From the human T2T-CHM13v2.0 reference genome, Homo sapiens, in the NCBI RefSeq assembly GCF_009914755.1, contig NC_060936.1: 64,000 nucleotides of DNA; one strand, 5' to 3'. This document shows, one piece after another, positions 30,027-42,780 of this stretch. Numbering within the stretch: the stretch's first letter is position 1; each line of letters starts with the position of its first letter. A program made the position numbers and the translations under genes. Under the pieces are notes generated by a model. It searched no databases and was not told the origin of the DNA. It saw nothing but the letters and a program-made list of their open reading frames with translations.

Positions 30027-30120
30027 CATCAGTCCATATCTATCTCGTTCATCACTTTAACTCCAGCACCTAATACAGTACCTGGCACAGAGAAGGTGCT
30101 CGATGAATAGACTGGATTAA

Positions 30121-30463
<343 letters not shown>

Positions 30464-33194
30464 TAAATCTCTTTCCTAAAACATCAAGTCTTTGTCCCAC
30501 CTGGATGCTGAGAGGTCTGAGTCTGGGGGCTCTGCCTTCTTTTTCTTTCGCATCATCCCCATAGAGATGATCCTGATGCTGCTAGCCGGCTGTCAGAGCA
30601 TCCGAGACGTAACCTTCTTAATCCACAGAAGTCAAAAGAGCTAGTTTTTCTAAAAGGGATGTGATCTCACGGGACTGGACAAAGAAGAGATCACCGCAGG
30701 ATGAACAAAAGGAGAGGGATAGAAGCACAGTAAGAGAGATCTACTCGAGGCACCAGCTTGGGCTTTCAGGAGATGCAGTGCCTCTGAGTAGGGCAGGGAC
30801 ACCCTTAGTACATGGCTGATTCGCTTCTCTCTGCCATGCAGCTTGCCTTCCTGCCCCAGGGCTGAGGACTGGGCAGAATGTCAGCCTAAGGAATTGCTGC
30901 CATTTTGTTAGAGTTGATGACAGCTGAAAATCATACCATTGCCCTCATCCAGACTAAAATGCTCAAATGAAAAGTTAAAAATCCCAGTTCTCCAATCCCC
31001 TCTCTGTCTCTCTTGACTAGGTTCAGTTGAATGTGGACTCTATGAAAGAAACCAGTAAGGATGAGCCTACATCTCTGAGGGTTTCCCGAGTCCCTGCCGC
31101 AGGCTGAGTGACTAAGGCTGAGCTCCCCAGTCTCTTCACGGCTGAGCCAACCAATTTGCCAGAGGCAGGCAGTAATTCCTGGCAGCCACCCAACTGTCAA
31201 CATCTTTGAATACCTTGAGATAATCCCAAGTAGGTACTAGAAGACAGCAGTCTCCCAGGCAGGGATCTTGAAGGTTTGTGTATTTTTTTTCCTTTCTTAT
31301 GTGTGTGACTTCCAGACCCACAGAATGCTGTGGTTTTCCATTTCTAAAACAGAGGCATGTGCCTGTACAAAAAGCCTGGGCATGCCGGGCTAATTAAATT
31401 TAGCTATCTTGCGGTTGTTGTTGTAACGTGTGTTCTGCTGATGTTATTCAGTGTGTTAAGACGTTTTCTGTTTATGTTGGTTACATAGCCATGTGGTGTG
31501 GGTGGAGAACATCACTCCAGGGAATATTATTAGGAGGACTGAGGTGCTCAGGGGTTCCAGGGACACGTGGTCAAACAGTGGCTCCCGGGATCAAACAGTT
31601 GAGCCGTGTCCCTGGTAACTCACAGGACGCCAGTCCCCTTGCTCCTTCTAAGGCAAGATCAGTCCCTCAGGTCTACCTGAGATCTTGATTCCCACAGACA
31701 GAACTGCACCTGCCATCATGCAGCCTAGAGATTTTGTAGAAGAGATGCAACTATAGGGAGAGAAACTTCAACAGATCTGCAGGGGCTGAATGACCTTCCC
31801 AGAGACTCCCCAGGAGAGATGAGAGAAGAACTGAAACTCCTTGTGCCCACTCTTACCTGCCCAGCTGGGAATACGAGACCTGAAACCCTTCCTTTAGCCC
31901 TCTGCCTAGGTTTTTCCACCTGCCTAAATTCCAGAGAAACCACCTGAGATCCTCTCCTGAGTTTCCCCCACCATCATGTCCCTTGTCTAGCTCAGCCCCG
32001 GTGCTTTCTTCTCAAGCCATTCATCTGCCTTAGCCCCTTCTCAAGTCTCTTCTCTCAACATTTCCTGACCAAGAATGCTTAAATCCCAATCTTGTAAATC
32101 CCCCAACTATATTTCTTCTCTCCTTCAAATCTCTGCTTCCTGCTTAAAACTCATCTATGTCGTAAGTCTCATTTTTGTGTAATCTGCTACCCTGAAGCCA
32201 GTTACTAAGCCCTTCGAAGCCTCTCCCTACCTTGCCCAGCACTGCCACACAAAGCTTTGTGCATTAGTTACCTGCTGGAAGCTACTTGATAGCTCTGTGA
32301 CCGACCCAAGAAGTTTTCTTTTGTGAGGACCTTGTGTCCCATCAGTACCCTTCAAGCTCCCATTTTCCCCCTTCTTTGAGGCTTCAACACCACATCCAGT
32401 ACAAAGCTCTGCATTCAGCAGATCCTGATGCAGGGACTGACTCTTGCGCTGTTAACAGACTCAGAGCTCTATTTTTAAGGAAAATATCTGATAGGGTGGA
32501 TTTTTCATGACGTCCCCAAACAAGCAAGGAGGGCCAAAATACAGCTTTTCATAGTGAGGGCCCCCTGCTGTAGCATCCTCACTCTAGTCCCATCGCTGAG
32601 GCCCCTTGAACTTCAGTAACATCATTTCACTCTCACTGGGAAGCAAAAACAGTCACTTCCAGCACAAAAGCAGGCCCTCTACAAGCTCCCCCACCCAACA
32701 GAAACCAGACTCCAGGATGAACCGTGGAAGCGTCTTACTTTGCACACAGTGCTAACTTGCTTGGGTGTCTGGTTGCCGAAGCTGCAACTGAGACAAAGCA
32801 GTAAATTAGAATTGGGAACAGAAGCTACTCAGTTGACAAAAGCAAGAAGTGACAGCTGACAATCTGACAACATGGAAGGACTCAGAAAAAAAAAAGATCA
32901 TAAAAAATAGAAATGAAAAATCAAAAACATGGCATTCTGGGGTTGCTGAACAGAGGCCCTGAGAGTGATATTTTACTCCTGCTAGGCACAAAGAGGGATG
33001 TTCATAAAGATGGCCCCATCATAAGCCAAGGTCGACTATGGTCAGCATGCAGCCCGTACCAGAAGACCACACCATGGTTTTCCCTGGGAGATGGGTAATT
33101 GAAGGGATTAACACTAGAGGGCTGGAACCCCAGCTAGCCTGACATCCACTGAATGGAACTCTGTGGCACCTTCAGCTACAGAGTACTGTGAAAA

Positions 33195-33820
33195 AAATAA
33201 AAGTTTCTAGAGTTAGACAGGCCTGGGTTTGAATTCCAGATGAGCTTGCTCTGTGGCTCTGGGAAGCCTTTACTTCACTGAACTCAGTCTCCTTGCCTGT
33301 GAAATGAAGATAAGAATACCCACTTCACAGGGTTGCTGTGAGGCACAGAGGTCACAGACAGAAAATGCGTACAGTGGATTGCTTTACAGTAATACAATAT
33401 GATTATACTATATTTGTCAAAGCTCTTAAGCTAAGGAACCATATGAAATTCCACCACTTTAATGAATGTTATAATTTCCCCCACAGGGAGTCAATAAATT
33501 CGTATTTATTTAACTACAGCCATTTATTTTATTTGTATTATATTGTAATAGAAATAATTATTGTAATATAAATAAATGTATAAATACATTTATTTGTATT
33601 TATTTAGACCTACAGCCATCATCACAGTATTTGCACAGCTCTTCATCTGAATCCTCCCAGTAATACTGTGGGCAGGTAGCACAGGTGCTATCACCCCTAT
33701 TTCATAGCTGAGAAAACTGAGGCTCAAGAGAGAATGACTTGCCCAAATATTACATCAACTGGAAACAAATCTGGAGGTAAAACTGAGTTCTTTTCACTCT
33801 TAACTCACTGCTCCTGGTCT
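33195..33820. mobile_element. Two MIRs in opposite orientation (~33195-33375 on +, ~33610-33820 on -) flanking an AT-rich patch
   Basis: cctgggtttgaattcca...ctcagtctccttgcctgtgaaatgaagataa; cctatttcatagctgagaaaactgaggctca. Confidence 0.7.
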
Positions 33821-34589
33821 AAAGGAATGTCCCCGGGCAGGTGCGTCAGGGTCTGATGAACACATACACAGGCACATTACCCATCTTTTGACTGTCAGCC
33901 TCACTCCTTCTCCATTTTGTTCTGAGAATAGGGAACTCTTCCTTGTTTAAGTCCGACTTTATAAAGATGCCTCTCCAAATCCTTGATCACATTACTTTTC
34001 CTTCTGTGAAACAGTTCCAGACTGGTTATGTTTTCTTTAGGTGTGATGACCTAAGTCAGCCACATGTGAGGTTTTACCATGATTCGGTAAATCACTGAGT
34101 GATGCAATCCTAGCTTGGTTTTAAAATGTATTCTGAGAATTCGAGGGGTCTGTGGTGCTGCATCACATCACACTGATGTTTCTAGAAAGAGTTACAATCA
34201 TCCCCAAAGATCTCTGCCTGATGCATAGCTGATACCTCTGAGCCCATCACAAATGGCTAGTCGAAGGCCAATTTTCCCTCGTGATCTTTTCCATATGTTG
34301 TTTTCCTACAGCCTCACAGCTACTTTCTATAAATTTTCTCCATCAGCCTGTCCCTTTATTTCCCAGAAAACCCAGTGGTCATCTGCAAGCATGGAGATTC
34401 CACTTTGAACTCAAGCTCCTTGAGAGTGGGGTCATGCTTACATCATCTCCGTATCCCCAGGACCAGTGTCTGGATAATGCAAAATATGTGGTGGCTTAAC
34501 TGCTTCAGTGAGGTGTATGTAAGGCTCCTCCTCTTCCAAGTTACCCCACCAGTGAGTCCCAAGAAGGACAATCACGATGATAAGGCTGT

Positions 34590-34990
34590 GTGGGGAACAC
34601 ACGTTGATATGGAAACGCAGAAAGGCCTAGGAGTATTTGGGGTGTGGGAAAGAAAGCTTAGGTATATGAGCACTGTTGTTGACACAATTGTTGTTTTCAA
34701 ATATTTAAAGGGTTGACCTATACAACAGGGTATACTTGTTCTGTGCAGCTCCAGGAAGCAGAACTAAGACCAAAATAAGGGAAATCAGCAGTTTTCCTTC
34801 TAGTTTCATGACTTCCTATGGGCTAGATATGCCCAAGACAGAAACAAACTGTCCCAGAGATAAGGTGCTCCCTATTCCAAGAAAAATCAAGCAGAGGCTG
34901 GGCATTTGCTAGATGAATATGCCGCAAGAAAAATTCTTCATTCCTTCCTTCCAGGGACAGCTATCCAACTGTCTGGCCTCTAAGCTTCAT
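34590..34990 (+). mobile_element. L3/CR1 3' fragment
   Basis: gttttcaaatatttaaagggttga...ttgttctgtgcagctccagga.gcagaactaagacc. Confidence 0.6.
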
Positions 34991-35381
34991 TTGCCTCTGT
35001 GAGGCTATGGTTTGTTCCTAGAGGTTCTGGATAATTGAAAGCTTATTGTACAACAGGGCCAAGACAGCACAAACATATAGCTTGTCATATTTTTCAGACT
35101 AATATCAGCTTTTCCTCCCTGGGGCATGACATAAGCTGATCAAGGAGGCAATGAGCTGATGCCAGACAGCTCCTTCCTTCCCCAGCTCTGCCCTGGAATT
35201 CCAGGTGGCCATGGGGAACTTGTGGAGCCTCTTGGTGCCTTGGGATCCACCATCCATACCATGTGGCTGATAAGACAGGAAGGAGGATGAAAAGTTTAAA
35301 ACAGGAGCCACCATCTCTGGAAGGCTGTTGTGAGGCTAGGAGGCCACCCTCAGAAGACCAACACAGTCATTAGCTGCTACC

Positions 35382-35425
35382 TTGAACTGGAGCTGGTAGC
35401 ATTTTGAACTGGAGCTGGTAGCATT
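35382..35425. repeat. Perfect 22-bp tandem duplication (ttgaactggagctggtagcatt)x2
   Basis: Read directly from the sequence. Confidence 0.95.
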
Positions 35426-37711
35426 GTACTCCAACTCCTGTTTCCATTGGTCAACCACAAGACCAACAGCCTTCCCTCCGAAAGGGTACAACTGGAGGAG
35501 AGTGGCACTCCATGGAGGAAATGAGAGAAAGGAGACTGGGGCAGAGCCTTTCCACAGCATGATGGGATTAACAGCATGACTTATATCCTGATCTATAAAA
35601 TGGACCAGAATGTAATGGCATGGAACATAATCATCCTTGTTTCTGCCTCACCTCAACCAGCTGTTGCTGCTTTTCTCTGTCTACCCTTCTCTCACACCCT
35701 CAGAGGTAAAGGAAGAATAGACTTCAGGCCTATGAGGTATTATTTCCTTCCAGGCTGCAAAATGTTTTCCAGCTAAACCCAACCATCAAATGATAAGACC
35801 CGTGCAAATGCCATGGTGCTGATCCCACGTGTCATCTCTCCTTAGCTTCCCTTCATGCATCCAGCCTCATTTCCTTCCAACCCTGGATTGCCTGCTAATT
35901 CGTGGGGCAGAGCAAGGGACTTGGGCCAGGTTGGCAGGGAATCCTTACAGACAAGGTCTGCAAGCCAAGTTCTTGATCTCACCACTCCCAGTCAACAGTG
36001 AGGAAAGATCTGGCTTTGAGTCAATGTGATTTTCAGTCATTAGTATCAGGCTAAACTATAAATCCTTATACAGGGCAGTCCAGGCTGGTTACAAAGACAC
36101 ACTCTTTCACCTCAGTCGTCCTTCAGAAAGCAACATTTCTGATTCAAGGGCCACCTCTTCCAGGAAGTCTTGTCTTATTCCTCTAGCAGCAATTACTCTT
36201 CAAATGTGATCCCATACTGATAGGTTTGAACATTATTATAGTCCTGAGAGCCCTCGCTATATCCGGTCTTGCACACATTTGTCTCCCTACATAACTCCTA
36301 GATCTTAAAGGCCATAAGCTCTCCCTTCATCGTTGTTGTGCCTCCCCATACTGCCAAGCAAAGAGACTTGCTCACTGTAAGCATCAGTGAATGTGTATTG
36401 TGTCGAGCTGAACTGCCTTTCTCAATCCCAAAGAAAAATCAAGGAGAAAGCAGCAGGGCTAAGGAAATAAGTAATCACAGATTGATCAACGTTTTTCTCT
36501 CTCCAGTTCCTCCTCTAACCCAGCTGTGGCCTGGCCAGTCCTTCCCCAGCCTGGCCTGCTGAGAAGCCTCCTAAGAACATGGCTTCCTCGGTCTCCCTCC
36601 GGGGGTGCTCAGATGGCTCACAGTTCAGGAGGGTGGAAGCAGAGCCCAGAGACAAGGAGGGATGGATCAAACCACACAGTCTCTGGTGGCAGTGCTGGGG
36701 AACCCTGGCAAGGACGGTGACCTGTGCTTTGCAGTAGGAGGGAGATCCCATTCGTGGCATGTCAGGCTAGAGAGGGCTGGTAGAGATGTGTAGCAACGTT
36801 GGGGCACAGTGCCACCCAAGGGCTCTTGAAATGGTAACCCCATAGAGATCACTCTCAGATCCTCATGGAAGCTGTTCCATATCTCAAGGCTCTAAGCTGG
36901 CACATTTCTAAGAGAACTCCAGAGCTTCCACATGGGTGGGCTTCATGCCCAGGGCCTGACTTTAAGTGCAGGAAGCCTCACTCATGAAGTGAGCACCCCA
37001 GGAACAGGTGGGAGTGAGTAGGGACCATTACCCCTCTTCAGACTGCAGGCCTGGTTTGGTACAGTGAAGCTCCCCATCCATTATCCCCTTGGTGAACTCC
37101 CACAAGTCAACAGGCTGCAATCCCTCTGAGCTGAGTACAGTTCTAGAACCCTCTCTTTCCCATGCTGTCACAGGCAGGCAGTGGCAGCTGCTTTAGAATA
37201 AACTTTTTGTACATTAGTTTCAGCAGAGTATAGTCAGAAGAGAAATCAAACTCAGAAGATGCTTAAGACCTATTGTTTTGTCTCATTCATATCAAAACGT
37301 CCAAGCTAAGAAAATCAGCCTGGGAGCAGATATTAACTTTAGTAAAAAGACAGATTACGGCCCTGACTAGTATTGGGTCAGACCTGTACAAATCGAAAAG
37401 GCCTCCAGTCCCCAAGTTTTCCCAGAAAATAAGGGCTGTTTTCCTCCTGGGTTTTAGAGCATTGAACCAGAGAAGTGCAGGCAGAAATGTCCTTCTCCAG
37501 CTGTGAGGACCCTCTTCCAGCTCCCTAAAGGACTAGAAGAGTCATTTCACTCTAGCTTAGGAGTCATTCCTCATATTATCAGCCACAAGCCATGTTTCTG
37601 ACAAGGCACAAGTGCTGCTGGCTGGAAGTGCCCAGGAGGTCTTCTGGATTGGGGTGCACTCACTCATCGAGGTTCCTGCTGGATACCTCTCTAGGGAACT
37701 TTCCAGAGAGC

Positions 37712-38170
37712 TCTCACACACACACTCACACACACACAGTCACACAATCGCTCATTCATACACACTCATGCACACACTCTCTCACATACACTCACACTCT
37801 CACACTGACACACATGAACACACTCATACCCACTCACACACATACACTCACACCGACACACGCATGCACACACACTCATTCACACGCTCATACACATACA
37901 CTCCCTGCTCACACTCACACACTCATGCACGCTCACACTCTCACACACACCCTCACATATACACTCTCCCAAACACACATATTCTCTGGCACACACACAC
38001 ACTCTCATACTCTTACACTCACACACATGCACTCACACACACACCCACTCTTGCACATACACACACACACAAACTCACAACACACAGAGACACACTCTCA
38101 CACGAACACATTCTCACACTCACACACACTAACACACACAAACACTCTCATACAGGCTCACACACACACT
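37712..38170. repeat. Degenerate (CA/CACT)n low-complexity tract, ~460 bp
   Basis: Read directly. It produces the His/Thr-rich ORFs 37592-38427. Confidence 0.95.
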
Positions 38171-41097
38171 CAGGCCTGCAGGCCCCAGGTCTCCAGAGCA
38201 GAGGCAGGATCGGGAGGAGAGCCCTGCGGGGCTGGAGGCCATCAGCAGTCTCACAGTGCAGCCTGCTGGGCACGAACGACACTGCAGCCGGGTGGAGGCA
38301 GGGGCCAGGGGTGCAGGGAAGGGTGTCTTGCCTCCCCTCTGTGGACTTTCAACATCCAGGAACGGTGTCTCAAACCCCAAGACTCAAAATGAGGCCTGAA
38401 GGCCTGCGGAAGGGGAAGGAGAGCTAGTTCCGGGGCCTTCCACATACAAACAGGTCTCCTGCCCCATGAGCTCTCAATGGCTCACACAGAGGTTTTAGAA
38501 TCTTCCAAACAATTGGCACAGAGGAGGAGCACTAGGGCTCCAGAGGAGGAACAGAAGCTTGGCGCTAAAAATGAGGAGCTGAAAACCCAAAGAAACGGGT
38601 GGGAAAGACCTTGGCCAGGCCTGTGCATGAATTATCACGTTCCGCCTGTGCCAGATTCCCCTGCTCCGTCACTCTTCCAGCACAGACCATATGAGGGCAA
38701 CTTCTCCGCGAGGCACACGGAGGGTGCCATGCATGGTAGTAAGTAGTCATGGAGCAAAACTGTCATGGTGTGGGGCCTGTGATGGCTCAGGAAGGGAACC
38801 ACAGGCTGGACTCTGCAGGCAGGTGGGCCCCGACAGGAGGTGGGAGGAATGATGGAGAGGAAGTGGCAAAAGAGAGAAATGGTGCTGAAGAAGAATCCCC
38901 AAGACTCACAGTTAGATTGGGGAGTGGGAAGTGAAAGTGACGCCAGTCAGGGATTACTGAGGTCTCGGGTTGTGTCATGATGAAGAAGAGGAAGGAGAGG
39001 ACTTGGACACAATCAGGGAAAGCAAGTTGGGACCATTTGGTAAAAGAGTGTAAAATGAGGAGTTTGGTGTGCTCACTGAGTCTAAGTAGCTGCTCCCTGC
39101 ATGCTCCAGCCCACATTTCTCTCTACAAGTTCTCCAGGTACTCGCCCACTTCTGACCCTAGTGCTCCCCACCACCAGCCCTTCCATCACTTCTCTTTCCA
39201 GCAGTTTCTTGAGGTCAGAGAGTTCCTTATGCCACTGGGATGACAACCACCATCACCATCTGCCTCGGCTCCCCACACACATGCTGCCCAGCGTCCCATT
39301 CTCCTGAGGCTCCTTCCTCCTCTCCCTCCTGACCAAGACTTGGCTTTGCCCAGGGACCGTGGGAGTGTTCCAGGCCATCTGATCTGTGAGGAGCTGTAGA
39401 CAGCCTCCGGCCCTGCTCCAGTACACCGTGCCCTGTCTAGACAGATTTGAGCTCTCCATCCTCAGGAACCGCCAGGCCCCAGAGCAGGGCTCCGCTCCAA
39501 AGGCAATACTTCCCCTGCAGGTGAGGCTGCTTTGGTGGCCAAAACCGAGTGCATATTGGAGCCATTTGCCACTTAGCTGGCAGCGAGTCACCTGAAGTCT
39601 CTGCGGGAAAAGATAGGGCTCTCTGGTAGGGAGAATTTTTATTTTTTAATCGTACTTAAAAAAAACAAAAACAAATGAGTAGTTGGAGAAAACAGGCGAC
39701 AGAGTGGGTGGCCACTTGAGATCCAGAGAGAAAGATCAAAGCCCACCAAGAATGGAATGATCAGCCTTGGGGTGGCCCAGAGAACAGTCTAGGTGGCCCA
39801 TGCCACATGAAAGGCAGCCAGGGGACGGGAGACAGGGTGAAGGCACCTGGTCACAGGCCCCGCATGTCCCTGCTCCCCCACCCAAGACCTTGGTTCACGG
39901 TCCTCAGCTGGAACAAACACCTGCTTCCAAGAGACATCCAACCAAGTTCTGTCCGCTGGGAGGGCCGCTGCATCTCTGTGTAGGAGGTGAGCTGCCCAAA
40001 CTCTGGCCTCCACGCGGCTTTCTCTTTCCAAGCAGAAGCTGGAATTCCTCCCTCTAGACTCGATTCTCCTGGCCGCTGCCCCTCTCACAATCCCAGCCCA
40101 GGGCAACCAGCCAGGAACACGCTCTATTCTCAGGCTGATGAATTAGCTCATTAGGTGACTTCAGGGCAGTGAGTCCACCATGTCCACCATGGAGCAGCCT
40201 CCTCCTGCAGGCTCCAGCGGCCCATCTTTTCCAAATGAGCACATTCTACCATGTGAACTCACAGATCCCTCAGCTCAGCCTCCCAAGTTAGGACAACCAG
40301 GACCCTGAAGATCAAAGAGGAATTGGGGCTTGCCCAAAGAAATGGTAGCACTTAGTGGCCAGGCCCAGACCAGAACTCACGTCTCTAGACTCTCAGCCCA
40401 GTGCTGTCACACAGTGCTGCCGCCCAACATTCCAGCCAGAAGATTGAGTTTCTAGAGCCCTGAAGCCATTTTAAACTAGTCAGACCTATGACATTCCAGT
40501 AAGTTATTTCCAAGGACTTTTCACTAATGTTCAACAGAAGCTGGGGAAATGTCCAAGGTGCCAGAAAACAGGACATCATTCTGTGACAACACAGAAGGGA
40601 GGAAACCCAGGGCCTAGTCTCTCCTCCTTTCTAATTTGGAAAAGCCATAAAAAGTCCACATTCTGTCAGGCCAACCAGCATATTCCTCATGTGATTTGCT
40701 AAATCCACCCTTTCCTGGATCAACACTGGCACTTGGGCATAACCCAACAATCAGCTTCATCCAGGTTCTTCTCTAGGACAAGACTAAGGAAAAGAAATGA
40801 GACAGCTCCATGCACCCCTCCCAGAGAACAGGCAGGGAAAGAGACCAATGTTGAAGACCTCAAGGTGCAGGTCATGGTCTATCAATCTACAGTATCTTTT
40901 GCCCCACGCAGCCTCCATGTCCCTCCCATGTCCCCAGCTGCTTCCCCACCCATGAGACACAGAGGAGTGGATCATAGAAGCTAGAAAAGAAGATCCCTCC
41001 ACTTGAGCAAAGGACTGTCAGAGTCAAAAGGTTTATGATACATCTTTCAGGACTTGCATCTCCAGGATACTTCCAAAAGTTCCCTACCACCTCTTAC

Positions 41098-41162
41098 CTG
41101 ATGAGGTCAATAGGTTGGAACTTATAGAACACTCCATAGCGCGCCCATTCTTGATATAGCAG
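41098..41162 (-). CDS. ANO2: ANO2 internal coding exon, 65 nt, phase 0 to 2: LLYQEWARYGVFYKFQPIDLI(R)
   Basis: ttttctttgtttag|CTGCTATAT...CATCAG|gtaaga. Contains the conserved anoctamin 'LY.EWA...QP.DL.R' motif preceding TM1. Confidence 0.96.
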
Positions 41163-41454
41163 CTAAACAAAGAAAATAAGGAAACAGGTTAGAGGTAGAG
41201 ATGGGAAACTTCACCTGATTTTGTCCATCCTAACAAGTCAGATTTTTATCCCCAAAGTCCAGCTTCTAAGAAATTCTCATGAGACATCCAGGGGGAGATG
41301 TTCAGAATCGGGAGGCTATGGAAACTGGCTTCTCCTTCCTCAAACAACAGAGATGAACTTTATCACACTCTGAGGCAGTCCTGCACCTGATTAGCAGAAC
41401 CCCGTCTTCTTTATTCCCACGTCTTGCCTAGTCCAGCAAAATGAGCCCTAATGT

Positions 41455-42780
41455 TCATGATTCACTCATTTAACAAGTATTTATTGACATCTCCTTATGT
41501 GCCAGGCACTGTCCCCACACTGGATACAGCAGTAAGCCACAGTCTGCTTACACCCTGGTGTGGAGAGATAAACATAAACATATAAACAGATAAGATTTTG
41601 AAATCTTAATGAAGAAAAATTAATCAAGGTCAGGGAGTAGAATGTGAAGGAAGGGAGAGGAGTAGGGTGCTGTTGTAGACAGGATGGCCAGGGAAGGCCT
41701 CTCTGAGGAGGTGACATTGAGCTGAGACACAAAGGAAGGGGGGAGGGTGTCCCAGGCAGGACAGTCTTCTTGTGCAAATGCCCCAAGGCAAGTGCATATG
41801 GCACATCCTAGGAAGAACAGGGAACCAGTGTGGCTGGGGCAGAGTGAGCACGGGGAGAACGTGGGAGACAAAGTCAGAAAGAACCAGGATGGCCAGATCT
41901 CTTGGGGATTTGCAGGTCATGCTAAAATCTTTGTATCAACACTGGATGAAATTTGGGTTTTGAAGGAAGCCACTGGGAGATTTGCAGTAGAGGGCGAAAC
42001 AATCTGACTGAGATTGCAGAAGGCTCACTCTGGCTGCTGTGTGGAGAACAGACTGAGAGTGATCAGAGGCATAGGGAAGTTACTGGAATGGTCCAGGGAA
42101 GAGATGATGATGGCTTGCACCATGGGGGCAGCAGCAGATACAGTAAGAACTAGTTGATTCTGCTTAGATTTTAAAGGTGCCTGTAAGATTTACTGCTGGA
42201 TTGGATGTGGGATGAGAATAAATAAGAACTTGGCCTGAGCCACTGAGTCATGGTGATGCCTTTTACTGAAATGTGGGAAGGACAGGTTAGTGGGGGTGAA
42301 ATTAAGAGCTCACTTGGGGATGCATTTTTTGAGATGCTCTTTGGGTATCCAGGGGCATGGTGAGCAGCTAGATATGAAAATCTGAAGTTCAAAGAAGAGT
42401 CCAGTACATTCGAGAGTTATTGAAGAGGAGGCAATTTGTAAAGTCATTAAATGATGGATGTTATTGCCAAAGAAGAGATAGTAAGTATAGAAGATGCCTG
42501 AGGTCTGGGCCCTGGGCACGCCACCATTTAGAGGTCAAGAGGGTGATGAAGAATGAGTAAAGGAGAGAGAAGGAGAGGCCCAGTGATGTGGAGGAGAACC
42601 AGAAGTGTGTGGCATCCAGGAAGCTAAGGGAAGAAAGGATTTCAAACAAAAGAAGATGACAAGCTGTGTCAAATGTTGCTAATGGGTCAGGTCAGATGAG
42701 CAGTGACCACTGGACTCAGTGGCTTTGAGGTCACTGATCACCTTGACAAGAGTGGCTCCAGGAGAGGGGTAGGGGCAAAA
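41455..42780 (-). mobile_element. L2 (L2a-like), ~1.3 kb
   Basis: Reverse tail ttcactcatttaacaagtatttattga; cagggaaggcctctctgaggaggtgacattgagctgag; gtgtcaaatgttgct...tgatcaccttgacaagag. Confidence 0.88.

Noticed and set aside
37592-38427. 266/271 aa His/Thr-rich ORFs
   Set aside because: Translation of the CA-rich repeat.
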